Shown: one piece after another, positions 36,501 through 44,975 of the stretch
Layout of the letters: each line of letters starts with the position of its first letter
Position numbering within the stretch: the first letter of the stretch is position 1
From: a virus
Strand: one strand, 5' to 3'
Length of the DNA stretch: 64,000 nt
Virus record (IMG/VR): IMGVR_UViG_3300043773_002546
Coordinates: 32,001-96,000 of that record
The notes under the pieces: model-generated
Databases searched by the model: none
Told to the model about the DNA's origin: nothing
Seen by the model: only the letters and a program-made list of their open reading frames with translations
Made by a program: the position numbers and the translations under genes

Positions 36501-36656
36501 GTCGAAGACGTGCCTTTCTGGCCGCGCTACCTTAACGGCACGCCAATCCCCGTGGCCGAACCCTACCACTTTGGCGCCGACCGTGAGGTATTCGTCCATT
36601 GGGGCGAGAAGCTGAAACCCGACGCCGCAAAGGCTTTAGGCCTGGATTGGCTGTGA
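33519..36656 (+). CDS. polA: family A DNA polymerase with N-terminal UDG-like domain and 3'-5' exonuclease
   Basis: UDG-like IVGKIPG..E...LVG..G; exo VDCEW, YASYDV; pol ETGRASS..PPLQN, motif A DLTGAELAV, motif B KNVNFGIPYG, NFPIQGGVAD, motif C QIHDAI. Confidence 0.93.
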   Translation: MSGGITIHHLLSEALSDPVKAEFADAAYPFMPLDSYGMPPAGPDFLAAAIAMGDDIDSSVVKRKKEPPTGENLKYLYRRALYDPTFSLRIAIKGGEAFVRFMPGHLWRPTGKRTHGPKKARVMIVGKIPGRDELAEQRALVGRGVEPLRQALSELGVAEEEYSSWYVTFACKFGSPTPDSATIPAVWLKDCAPLLAQELRLVQPEYILCMGNEAAKAVLQTNGNVSGLSGRVLPIHYQDEYGSKHEVKVMTCLNPAYVARKPEAYEDFKGQLSRFLDMTQNRTPQSEDIDHAEIYTEEALTELVDAMLADQTPGSNIVAVDCEWHGDHPTEPGAYLRTVQISNQDRWARTIVLRYDHGAEAFRPNLDAARIQLNRLLKSTPSRHVRVGGHFFRADLPWLVDFGVDVRDEYAPAADHNNRTQGGWDTSLMYHAVCETAKFGLDDCVLRFTSAPPYWEELDKWKKRYRARHKVKASEMGGYGIIPGSVLHPYASYDVDVTRRIMLKFYGTDGTDGLLACDQYGNDCWLPYWTAHQASLAFLEMEQTGLVVDRARSDEITTLFMNTQDRLIQEIRSELNWPKFNPKSQPQLAVALFGLAFKDRYATKIEVPEDARPLDLTPIKTTGKRPTLWHELGFRGGNRDTATPSTDKESLGILGHHNTTAAKIRDYKFVAQVLQSVLRKPNVNEDGEFETDEEGHYEYDKGLIGAAHSDGKVRTHLFQTKETGRASSSRPPLQNLSSRREDDYKRILGAAHQHPVRSILRVPEGCVGIETDLTGAELAVLAWLSQDKNFIEHVRRNLLPEEHPDHYDIHSQQAVKAFCLRDVMPTKTGMKDAGKKGLRVAAKNVNFGIPYGRGAEAIARQCKEEGVEVSAEDCQKMIDAYFISYPKTYDFLAECRKRSQDPGWLVGPYGRYRRFLPASERSVIGEQERQAQNFPIQGGVADAVSIALNNFYRYRLEHPDVQYDIALQIHDAIMLIVPREHAERVYHEVVPRCMVEDVPFWPRYLNGTPIPVAEPYHFGADREVFVHWGEKLKPDAAKALGLDWL

Positions 36657-36670
36657 TTTGGCGGCTGATC

Positions 36671-36698
36671 TGGACACGGCCAAAAGGCTGGTTAGACT
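36671..36698 (+). promoter_or_regulatory. sigma70-like promoter
   Basis: TGGACA-16 bp-TAGACT, then SD GAAGGAG before ATG 36749. Confidence 0.4.
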
Positions 36699-36748
36699 TG
36701 ATTCTATAAGCATTTTTTGAGTTCTTTTTCTTGAAGGAGAAGGCGTCT

Positions 36749-38158
36749 ATGCCTCGTTACGCTGGTTCGAATTTTGCCGCTTTGGACCCTGAATTTCGCA
36801 AGGCAAACACTGGCGGCGGCGACCCCAAGAAGCGCCGCTATGCCTACGGCAAGCAGAACAACGTCCTGGTCGCCCAGGGCGCGGATTTGTTCGCCAACGG
36901 CTTCACTATCCGTCTCATGCCGCTCTATGACGGCACGACCGCCGACGACGCGGGCAACCGCTCGTTTGTTAACTTCCGCGAAGGCGCAAGCGGAGAAATC
37001 ATGGGCGACTGGTGCCGGTTGTTCACTTGCGCCAATTGGGTGGGCAACCCTGGGATCTGCTTCATCATCCACGATGGCAACCCCGACACGAGCCCCTACG
37101 ACAGTCCCTATCACATCTTCCGCAACGTGGCCTGGAACAACTCCAGCCAGTCCAAGAGCGGCATGCCGCACCCGCGGCTGGGGCGCCTGTTTGACGAGCT
37201 GCTCTCGAAGAACTTTGTGCCCAAGAGCCACGTCGGCTCGCTCCGTCGCCCCGAGCAGACGCTCTTCGTGTCGGCCTCGGCGGTGGGACTGGACGCCAAC
37301 GGGCAGCCTACGCTGCTGGCTTTTGGCGACGACCCGAAGAAGAACGCCCGTATTATCGGCCTGAAGACCAGCGCGGCGCAGTCTCTGCACGCGGCGCTGG
37401 CCGTGCGGGACGAGTCCACTGGGGAGTTCCTCGCGGGCGACATGCTCAGCTTCGGCTCGTCTAAGCTGATCACGTTTCTGCCAGAGACCTACACCAACAA
37501 CTCCAAGAACAGCAACGGCATCTCGTTGCAGGGCAGCGTGGGCGTGCAAGTGCCCAAGCAGGCTCAGCAGCAGCGCCCGGTGCTGGTGGGCTATCCGCCT
37601 AGCCGCAGCTCGATGACGCACTTCTGCGTGGTTCATGACCAATATAACGGTCAGGACATCGCGCTTGAGCCGTACGCCGAGAAGATCGTGGCGGACAGCA
37701 AGAGCTGGGACGAGTACATGTACTTCCCCACGTTCGAAGAGCAGGCTGAAATGCTTGCTACGGCGTTCCCTCGCGAGGCGCTGGAGTTCGCCTGGCAGGA
37801 CCACCCGCAGTTCCTGCGGGCTCTGCCGCGCGGTACAGCGACTGTCGACATGGGTGACCGCGCGGTCGAAGACCTGGAAGAAGCCGACGGTCCGGCGGTT
37901 GCGCCGCGGCAGTCGTTCACTCGCCCGGCTCCGGCACGTCCGGCTGCGCCCGCTCCCGCCCCTGCAATCCAGCAGGCGCCGTGGGAAGGCGAGAGCGAGT
38001 TGTCTCAAGAGGAAGCGGCAGGCGTCGATGCCATGTTTGGCTCGCCCGCCCCGGCTCCAGCCCCAGCCGCAGCCACCCCGGCGGCTCGCGCTTCGGCGCC
38101 AGCCAACACGGCCGATATTATCGCCCGTGCCCGTGCGGCGGCGGCGCGAAACCGCTGA
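36749..38158 (+). CDS. probable single-stranded DNA-binding / annealing protein
   Basis: Position between polA and recA; IRLMP; low-complexity Pro/Ala/acidic C-terminus; call mostly from synteny. Confidence 0.45.
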   Translation: MPRYAGSNFAALDPEFRKANTGGGDPKKRRYAYGKQNNVLVAQGADLFANGFTIRLMPLYDGTTADDAGNRSFVNFREGASGEIMGDWCRLFTCANWVGNPGICFIIHDGNPDTSPYDSPYHIFRNVAWNNSSQSKSGMPHPRLGRLFDELLSKNFVPKSHVGSLRRPEQTLFVSASAVGLDANGQPTLLAFGDDPKKNARIIGLKTSAAQSLHAALAVRDESTGEFLAGDMLSFGSSKLITFLPETYTNNSKNSNGISLQGSVGVQVPKQAQQQRPVLVGYPPSRSSMTHFCVVHDQYNGQDIALEPYAEKIVADSKSWDEYMYFPTFEEQAEMLATAFPREALEFAWQDHPQFLRALPRGTATVDMGDRAVEDLEEADGPAVAPRQSFTRPAPARPAAPAPAPAIQQAPWEGESELSQEEAAGVDAMFGSPAPAPAPAAATPAARASAPANTADIIARARAAAARNR

Positions 38159-38170
38159 ATTTAGCTAGCC

Positions 38171-38258
38171 ATAGCGGCGACTGTCACTACGTAGTGGCAG
38201 TGCCGCCGCGGCGGCATTGTTTCTAAAACTTGTCGGCGCCGCTGCGTAGCGAGCCGAC
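38171..38258. other. cluster of palindromes and hairpins in the intergenic region upstream of recA
   Basis: CTGTCACTACGTAGTGGCAG 38181-38200; perfect TGCCGCCGCGGCGGCA 38201-38216; GTCGGC..CGCTgcgtAGCG.GCCGAC 38232-38258. Confidence 0.75.
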
Positions 38259-38272
38259 CTTCTGAGGGAAAT

Positions 38273-39643
38273 ATGGCAAAACGTAAAAAGACGGAAGACG
38301 ACGTTGTCGATGTTCGATCACGGAACGGCGAGCATCCCGTCATTACAGAGGTGCTCAAGGCGACAGCCGAAGATCAAGATCCTTTGATCGGCTTGCCGCT
38401 TCCGTCCCTGGCTGCGCGTTACTTGCTGCAGGCCACTATCTTTCCGCTCTCTCGCTTTACTCAACTGCGCGGCGAGTTCTCCGCTGGCAAGTCTGCGCTG
38501 CTCATGGAGATCATGCGCTGGTTCAACGTGTATGGCGGCGGCGCCATCATGATCGACACGGAGAACAAGAACAGCGAGACGATGCTCGACGGCATCATGG
38601 GGCATAACGAGGAGTACAAAAAGCGTACTTTCTGCGTGAAAGCCCAGTCGGTCGAAGACTGGCAGAAGAAGTACATGGGTTTCTGCCAGAAGATCCACGC
38701 CCAGGCCGATAACGCCGACCGGGCGTTCCCCGTGTGCATCGGCATCGACTCTATCTCGGCGGTCGAGGTCGATCGCCGCGTGGACAAGGTGGCCGAGGAA
38801 GGCCACGCTGCGGCTGGCCACCCCTACCTGGCGCGCAATCTGTCGGACTTCATGCGTACGGCGTTGGTGCCCACGCTGCGGCACTACCCGATCGCGTTTG
38901 TGGCGACCAATCACCTCAAGGAGGAAATTAACTCCATGGGGTTCGGGCCTCCGAAGAAGTACGCCCCCGGCGGCGCCAGCTTGGACTATTACCCGACGCT
39001 GATTCTCGACATGTCCCGCACCTCGCGTAACACAATGCAGGCCGGGCGGGCTGAGGGGCAGTCGGTGCGGATAACCGCAACTAAGAACAATCTTGGCGCG
39101 CCAGGCCGCAAGATCGTTGTGAACCTCATGTGGTACAACGAGATCGTCCCCTGCAAGGACAAGGCCGGGAACGACAGCTTCAAAAACCAGCAGTTCCATT
39201 ATTGGGACTGGCACACAGCCACCGTGCGGCTCCTCATGGAGCTGCAGGACGAGAACAACAAGAAGCTCCCGGCGGGCATGGACCCCAAGCTGCCTAAGCT
39301 TCTCCGCCAAGTCTGCGACCTGGAGTACAAGCACGGCACCAAGAACGCCGAGACGCCGCTGGTCTGGTCTAACGCCCTAGGCGTGACCAAGCAGGAGGCG
39401 CTGCCGGAGGTCGAGATTGCCATGCTGCTCGAGAAGAACACCAAGGTGCTGGGCGTACTGCACGGGCTTCTGGGCGTGAATGAATACCTCGTCTGCGACC
39501 CCGCGGTGAGGTACCGCGAGCAGGTTATGGCCGAGCTGGCTAAGCAGAACGTCTCCGACGAGCCCGAGATGCTGGCTGGCGCCAGTCGGACAGTCGAGGA
39601 CATCATTCCCGCTGATTTTGACCCCCTAGGACAGGTGAGCTGA
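38273..39643 (+). CDS. recA: RecA/UvsX-like recombinase
   Basis: Walker A GEFSAGKS, IDTENK, Walker B GIDSISA, ATNHLK, APGGASLDYY, KNNLGAP. Confidence 0.85.
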   Translation: MAKRKKTEDDVVDVRSRNGEHPVITEVLKATAEDQDPLIGLPLPSLAARYLLQATIFPLSRFTQLRGEFSAGKSALLMEIMRWFNVYGGGAIMIDTENKNSETMLDGIMGHNEEYKKRTFCVKAQSVEDWQKKYMGFCQKIHAQADNADRAFPVCIGIDSISAVEVDRRVDKVAEEGHAAAGHPYLARNLSDFMRTALVPTLRHYPIAFVATNHLKEEINSMGFGPPKKYAPGGASLDYYPTLILDMSRTSRNTMQAGRAEGQSVRITATKNNLGAPGRKIVVNLMWYNEIVPCKDKAGNDSFKNQQFHYWDWHTATVRLLMELQDENNKKLPAGMDPKLPKLLRQVCDLEYKHGTKNAETPLVWSNALGVTKQEALPEVEIAMLLEKNTKVLGVLHGLLGVNEYLVCDPAVRYREQVMAELAKQNVSDEPEMLAGASRTVEDIIPADFDPLGQVS

Positions 39644-40107
39644 TGCAGCTGCTGTGTTGCAATCTGATCGCCCGCAAGGGAAACCTTGAACGGCCGGAAA
39701 AGACGGCGCGCGGCTGTGCAGCGGACTCGAAAGAGTTCTTGCACACGCTGGCTTATCTGGAGAAGCTGTGCCCGCCGCCGATGCCGGTTCGGCTGAGTTT
39801 TTCTTACATGCACGACACTATGCTGGGGCAGTGTCAGCGGAAGAAAAAGTACTTTTTAATCCGGCTCAACAAGTTTATGAATCAGTTTCAGTCCGCTGAC
39901 GTGCTGGTTCACGAGTGGGCGCACGCCTTGGCCTGGAACTACGCGCTGGATCGCCTTGTCGCAAACCCCGATACGACGCCCGAAGAGTTTGAAACGGCCA
40001 GCCATGACGAGGTCTGGGGGTGCGCTTACGCGCGCACTTATCGCGCTCACCTGGCGGCTCTGAGCACTTTTAGCGCCTCAACCGAAAAACACCATGGATC
40101 GCGATAA
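39643..40107 (+). CDS. HExxH zinc metallopeptidase-like protein (SprT/ImmA-like)
   Basis: DVLVHEWAHAL...HDEVWGCAY. Confidence 0.65.
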   Translation: MQLLCCNLIARKGNLERPEKTARGCAADSKEFLHTLAYLEKLCPPPMPVRLSFSYMHDTMLGQCQRKKKYFLIRLNKFMNQFQSADVLVHEWAHALAWNYALDRLVANPDTTPEEFETASHDEVWGCAYARTYRAHLAALSTFSASTEKHHGSR

Positions 40108-40612
40108 CTTTTTTGACAACTTGCGCAGCGAGAACGATGAGCTTATCCGAGCCCAGCGCCAGCTAGGCTTTGAGGAGCGCTGCATCAAGCGCGTGTTCTC
40201 CGAGTGCGGCATCAAAATCAACGGCTGGGGCCGATTTGTGAACGAGTGCCGCGAGGCCACCGGTCACGACCGGTTGACGTTCGAGTGGTTCAACCAACGG
40301 TTTCGTTCGTTCCCGGGCGTGCTCAGCGGCAAGCGAATTCCGCGGCTGCATGAGCTGACGATGCTGGATCTGTTTAAGCCCGCCGAGAAGAATCGGCTGG
40401 GTAAAGCTGTGATGCGCGGCCTGACAAACTTCTGCGCCACGAACTTCGTTTTTATGTTCCCGGTGACCCGCACAATGTTCGTGGCGCACGATCACGAACC
40501 CAGCAGCACCGACGAGCGCGTCGTTTGGTCGTGCTTTGCCGACCCCCCGTTGTTTGTCGAGCCGAGCAAGCATTTCTTCCGGGCGATCGGTGGCGACTGG
40601 TTTGAGGGGTGA
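40094..40612 (+). CDS. hypothetical protein
   Basis: In-chain ORF. Confidence 0.65.
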   Translation: MDRDNFFDNLRSENDELIRAQRQLGFEERCIKRVFSECGIKINGWGRFVNECREATGHDRLTFEWFNQRFRSFPGVLSGKRIPRLHELTMLDLFKPAEKNRLGKAVMRGLTNFCATNFVFMFPVTRTMFVAHDHEPSSTDERVVWSCFADPPLFVEPSKHFFRAIGGDWFEG

Positions 40613-40615
40613 GTC

Positions 40616-41761
40616 ATGCCAGGGATGGCGACAAGGCGCAGTGTGTTTGCACCGGTCACGGCGCTGGCCTTTTCGGCAGACCAGCTCGCCGACCTCAAGA
40701 GCTTCCTTACGCGGCGAAGCGACCAGACCGAGGTCGTGCCGATTTCCGATGCCGATCAGCTCCTAATGGCTGCCGACGGCCGGTTGGTTGAAAGCGGTTA
40801 TCGCTTTAACTACATCGGCTTCATGCAGCTGACCAATGCCATGGTCACCGGCCTGGGCTCGGTCTTTAAGGAGCTCTCCGGGGAAGTGGCCCGCCGCCAG
40901 CGCGACAACCCCACGCCTGACCTGGCCGCCGCGGTGAGCATTTACAACACCGTCGTGCGGGCCCAGATCGACCGCCTCCGGGAACGAAGCCTCCTGGTGG
41001 ATCACCGCGAACGGGTCATCGACGGCTTCCTGGGGCTGGACTACCGCCTCCTGGACAACAGCGCCTTTCTGGACCTGGTAATTCACGAGGTCGCTGTCTG
41101 CCAGCCCAGGGCGCAGTACTACCGGGCGGAGCTCATCGGCCGCGAGCTAATGCTCTACTTTCTCGACCACGGTTCACGGCGCAATGATATCATTGAGAAT
41201 TCTGCTCACGTGTTCACCCGCGGCTGGCAGTTTGTGAACGGCGAGGGGACTAACCGCGCCGTGAACGGCACCAGCTGCGTGTTCACGAAGTTTGGCCTGG
41301 GAGTCGAGCCCAAGGCCAGCAAGCGGGGCTTTCTCCAGCACAGCGGGGCGGACCTGGCCGGTCGAGCCGCGGCGCTGGTTTCCCGCGCCGCCGCTTCAGA
41401 GATTGATATGGATCTGCTGGCGCAGGGCGTGCGCAAGCTCGTGGCGGTCAACCTGGGCTTCACCGAGAACGGGTTCACCGAGCACGTGGCCCGCGTCGCA
41501 GAATCCCTGCTACGGTTCAAGATCCCCGGCGAGGACGCCAAGCTGATCGCCAAAAACGCGGCCATGGTCGGCTCCGACCTCAAGCCGCGGGATTCCGTGG
41601 ACGTTTTTACCGACAAAGTGCTCAAGACCAGAACGGGATACGACCTGGTCTGCGCGTTGTTGCGACACAGCCGGGCCGTGGGGCACCTCGACGCCGTGCG
41701 TTATCAGCAGGCGGCGATGCGTTCTATGTACCCCGCGGCTCGCCGCACCCGAAAATCGTGA
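40616..41761 (+). CDS. DUF932-like protein
   Basis: RVIDGFLGLDYRLLDNSAFLDLV...GWQFVNGE...SCVFT pattern. Confidence 0.5.
   Translation: MPGMATRRSVFAPVTALAFSADQLADLKSFLTRRSDQTEVVPISDADQLLMAADGRLVESGYRFNYIGFMQLTNAMVTGLGSVFKELSGEVARRQRDNPTPDLAAAVSIYNTVVRAQIDRLRERSLLVDHRERVIDGFLGLDYRLLDNSAFLDLVIHEVAVCQPRAQYYRAELIGRELMLYFLDHGSRRNDIIENSAHVFTRGWQFVNGEGTNRAVNGTSCVFTKFGLGVEPKASKRGFLQHSGADLAGRAAALVSRAAASEIDMDLLAQGVRKLVAVNLGFTENGFTEHVARVAESLLRFKIPGEDAKLIAKNAAMVGSDLKPRDSVDVFTDKVLKTRTGYDLVCALLRHSRAVGHLDAVRYQQAAMRSMYPAARRTRKS
41180..41197. repeat. dispersed palindrome copy 9
   Basis: CGCAATGATATCATTGAG. Confidence 0.8.
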
Positions 41762-41810
41762 AGCGTCAAGTATTACTTTATAGTTCGACTCGTTTTATAG
41801 GAGAGTTTTC

Positions 41811-42740
41811 ATGACTCGCAAATCGAATGCCCTGATTGTTAAGGCCGCCTCCGCGGTGTCCCAGCAGGCCGAAGATCTTCCCGAGATGACCGCTGCGCTG
41901 CAGGACGTGGTCACCGAAATCGGCACGCTCTTGGACGACGTGGCAACGGCCAGCGTCACTGCTTACTGGCAGATCGGCAAGCTAATCACTGAGGTCAGCG
42001 GTGACCCGGACAAGTACCTTACTGAGCAGCAGCAAGCGGCGCATATCGACGCAGGCGCGCTGGTGATTTCAATTTTTGCCAAGGCTTACTCGCCTGAGCA
42101 GCTTCGCGGGGCTGTGTCGTTCTTTGACAAGTATCCCAGTGAGCGCCAGCTCAACCGGTTGCTGAATATGCGCTGCCCTGACAATCCCCGCTGGCGTTTG
42201 TCGCCCTCGCACATCCAGGTGCTCTCCCAGGTCGCCGATGACGACCAGCGGACAGCGCTCGAAGAGAAGTGCGCTGAGGAAGCGTACACCGCCAACGTGC
42301 TTGCCAAGGAACTCCAGGAGATCCGCGGCAAGCGGCCGGGCGGCGGTCGCAAGCACAAGGCCCCCAAAGGTCTCAAACAGCAGCTGGACGACCTGCTGCA
42401 GTACATGCGGAAGTTCATTGGCCGCAGCGAGGCGATCTGGCTTAACGAAGATTCTGAGACCCTTTACGACGCGATTGCCAACACAGCCCCGGCGAAGCTT
42501 GACGAGACTGTGCGCGGCAAGATCCGCGAAATCGCCGAAAAATTCACAGAGCTCAGTGATATTGTCGGCACGCACATCCAGATGGTGAACAGCGTTCTAG
42601 AGCACATCGACGAGCCCGAGAGCGCCGAAGAGGCCGAGGAAACCGAAGAGGGCGAAGACGACGTGTCCGACGCCGTTCGTTCTGCGGCAGCCGCAGCCGC
42701 GGCAGCCGGTCAGCGCAAGGCAAAAACCATGACGCGTTAA
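41811..42740 (+). CDS. DUF1016/YhcG N-terminal-like protein
   Basis: AYWQIGKLI...FFDKYP...LSPSHIQVLSQV.DDDQR..LE...YT...L; SD AGGAG. Confidence 0.6.
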   Translation: MTRKSNALIVKAASAVSQQAEDLPEMTAALQDVVTEIGTLLDDVATASVTAYWQIGKLITEVSGDPDKYLTEQQQAAHIDAGALVISIFAKAYSPEQLRGAVSFFDKYPSERQLNRLLNMRCPDNPRWRLSPSHIQVLSQVADDDQRTALEEKCAEEAYTANVLAKELQEIRGKRPGGGRKHKAPKGLKQQLDDLLQYMRKFIGRSEAIWLNEDSETLYDAIANTAPAKLDETVRGKIREIAEKFTELSDIVGTHIQMVNSVLEHIDEPESAEEAEETEEGEDDVSDAVRSAAAAAAAAGQRKAKTMTR

Positions 42741-42750
42741 GGAGGTCCTA

Positions 42751-43299
42751 GTGTTTTACGTTCGCGAGATTCCCGTGGTTATTGAGCCGGGCGTGGGCGC
42801 CTTGGAGGCGGCGATTACCGTTAAGGACGCCAAGAACAAGGAGCGTACGCTTGCTGCTCATTTTCAACGGATACCGCTCGATGAGAAAACGGCGCCTCAA
42901 CTGCCGCTGGTTCCCACTACGCAGCATCCGCACGTTTTCACAATTCACGAAGACCTGCAGAAGTCCTCTGTCCTTCTGGTTTATGACCTGCTGGGGCGGT
43001 TGGCGTTGATCTACACTCGCGACGACAAGCGACGTGGTTGGGAGCGCAACGACGTCGTCGCCGAGCACTCTGGCAAGTCGGTGACGCAGTTCTCTGTGCG
43101 CTTTTCTTTCAGCTCCGTGAAAGACCGCAACCGGTTTATGGAGCTGATTGACCGCATGGCTGGCATGGTTCGCGACGGTACCAGCGTCACCAAACCAGAC
43201 ATGACTGAAGCAATCACTTTGTTGTCACGGGCTCGCGCCGCTCCGGCGGTGTTGCCTGTAGCGGTGGCAAGATCCACACTACGAAACGTGCGCATCTAG
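42751..43299 (+). CDS. hypothetical protein
   Basis: SD AAGGAGG, GTG start. Confidence 0.7.
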   Translation: MFYVREIPVVIEPGVGALEAAITVKDAKNKERTLAAHFQRIPLDEKTAPQLPLVPTTQHPHVFTIHEDLQKSSVLLVYDLLGRLALIYTRDDKRRGWERNDVVAEHSGKSVTQFSVRFSFSSVKDRNRFMELIDRMAGMVRDGTSVTKPDMTEAITLLSRARAAPAVLPVAVARSTLRNVRI

Positions 43300-43324
43300 C
43301 GCGCTGAAAGCCAAGGAGGGCGGA

Positions 43325-44176
43325 ATGGCGGAGGGAGCCGCAGACGTGTGCGTATGCGTCCTGTTGTACGGGACCGACGACGCTTGTTTCCAGTTGGCGC
43401 AACGGGTCTTAAACGCCCCCATGCTTCAGTTGGCGCGACAAAACGTCGAGTTCCGTCTGGGCCTAAACGCCGTCAGTGACCGCACGCGGGCGTTCGTGAA
43501 AGAGACTGTAGCGTCCCATCTCCCGGGGGCGCTTGTCCTGGACTACGGCGAGAACATCTTCAAATACCCGATGATGCGCCGCATGTTCCACGAACGCCCG
43601 CTTCGGGCGCCCTTGACCATGTGGTTCGACGATGACTCCTGTCTGGCGCCGGAGAACAATCCGGCCGCTTGGCTGCCGAGGGCGCAAAAGCTTATGGAAA
43701 ACTACACGATGATTGGCTCGCTTTACCGCCAGCGCCTTGTCGGTAAGCAAGCTCAGTGGATTCAGGACCAGTGGTGGTACAACGGTAAAATCCCGGGGCC
43801 ATATGTCAAGTTTTGCACCGGCGGCTGGTGGACCATCCGAACTGAAACATTGCTGCGTTTTGATTGGCCGCCGCCAGAACTCAAACACCGCGGCGGCGAC
43901 GTTATGCTCGGCGCCCTGTGCGAACAGCACGGCCTGGCGCTGACCCACTTCCGCGACCAGGTCTGGATCAACGCTAACGACCAGGGCGTCGAGAGCAAAT
44001 CCCCGCGCCGCGGCTATAACGAAAAGCCCATCGGCGTCGATTACAAGACCAGCGCAGCGCCACTGTCCCGCGAGGTCCTAGTGGCGCAGGGTAGCTGCTG
44101 CGGCAACGCCTGCGTGAACTGTCCCTACACGCCTCCGCACGAGCGCGGGGCCACAACGATTCGTAATGCCGTATGA
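43325..44176 (+). CDS. GT2-like glycosyltransferase with C-terminal DUF5522-like Cys motif
   Basis: MWFDDDS, FCTGGWW, GGDVMLG; C-term QGSCCGNACVNCPY. Confidence 0.6.
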   Translation: MAEGAADVCVCVLLYGTDDACFQLAQRVLNAPMLQLARQNVEFRLGLNAVSDRTRAFVKETVASHLPGALVLDYGENIFKYPMMRRMFHERPLRAPLTMWFDDDSCLAPENNPAAWLPRAQKLMENYTMIGSLYRQRLVGKQAQWIQDQWWYNGKIPGPYVKFCTGGWWTIRTETLLRFDWPPPELKHRGGDVMLGALCEQHGLALTHFRDQVWINANDQGVESKSPRRGYNEKPIGVDYKTSAAPLSREVLVAQGSCCGNACVNCPYTPPHERGATTIRNAV

Positions 44177-44577
44177 AACTATTTTTTGAACAACTCGATC
44201 TCGAGAAGACCCGGGCCAACTGGCCGGAGGGCGCGCCCTTCCGCCCGGCCCTGGTCAAATACCGCCGCGACGACTCGCGGCACTGGCTAGCCCTCTCGGA
44301 GCCGCTGCTCCCCGGCGGTACTCCGCAGTGGGCCAAAACAGAACACGATGAGTATGTGCGTATTCCGCTGTTTCCCTATGTCGTGCCCAGCCCCGAGGCC
44401 GACCGTTCTATTGCCTTTGCCCTGCAGCTGGGCCTCAGCTGTGCCGGACATCTGCCCGGGCGAGTCGAGGCTTTTCGGGTCGTGACTGGCGTTCCCGTCC
44501 AGCTTTTGTACGATCCCGCGACTGACCAGAACACGGGCTTGCGTTTCTGGTTGGGGTTCGCCGTGAACTTGGAGTAA
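44173..44577 (+). CDS. hypothetical protein
   Basis: ATGA overlap. Confidence 0.6.
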   Translation: MKLFFEQLDLEKTRANWPEGAPFRPALVKYRRDDSRHWLALSEPLLPGGTPQWAKTEHDEYVRIPLFPYVVPSPEADRSIAFALQLGLSCAGHLPGRVEAFRVVTGVPVQLLYDPATDQNTGLRFWLGFAVNLE

Positions 44578-44579
44578 TT

Positions 44580-44975
44580 ATGAGCACCGACCAAGAACCG
44601 AAAGAATCGGCGGCAGAACGGCTCAAGTCGTTTGCCGACAGCATTTCTTATGTCTACGAAAACTATTTAGCGCTCAAACGCTTGGCACAGGCGCTGGACG
44701 GACAGTCGCCCGCGGCGCCTTTTCCCCCAGGTGTAGCGGTCACACGCATTGACATCGAGTACGTCACCGCCGACGCCGGACGTCACACCGCGCGCATTGG
44801 TTATGTCACCCGTGTTGGCGACGTGGCGGCTCTGCTGGCGGCCGAGATTGAAAAGTCGATTGATTCGCTGCGCAATCTTTCTTTCGGCGCGCAGCAAACC
44901 AGCGAGCAAATCGCCGCCGCTTGCGAAGCTGCTCAATACAGCGCTCGAGCGCAACAGGTCGGGGGGCCGCAATGA
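44580..44975 (+). CDS. hypothetical protein
   Basis: SD GGAG. Confidence 0.6.
   Translation: MSTDQEPKESAAERLKSFADSISYVYENYLALKRLAQALDGQSPAAPFPPGVAVTRIDIEYVTADAGRHTARIGYVTRVGDVAALLAAEIEKSIDSLRNLSFGAQQTSEQIAAACEAAQYSARAQQVGGPQ

Noticed and set aside
23246-39643. Inteins or self-splicing introns in sbcC, helicases, polA or recA
   Set aside because: ORFs are continuous and of plausible length, with no C-terminal HN-C/S junctions or LAGLIDADG motifs seen
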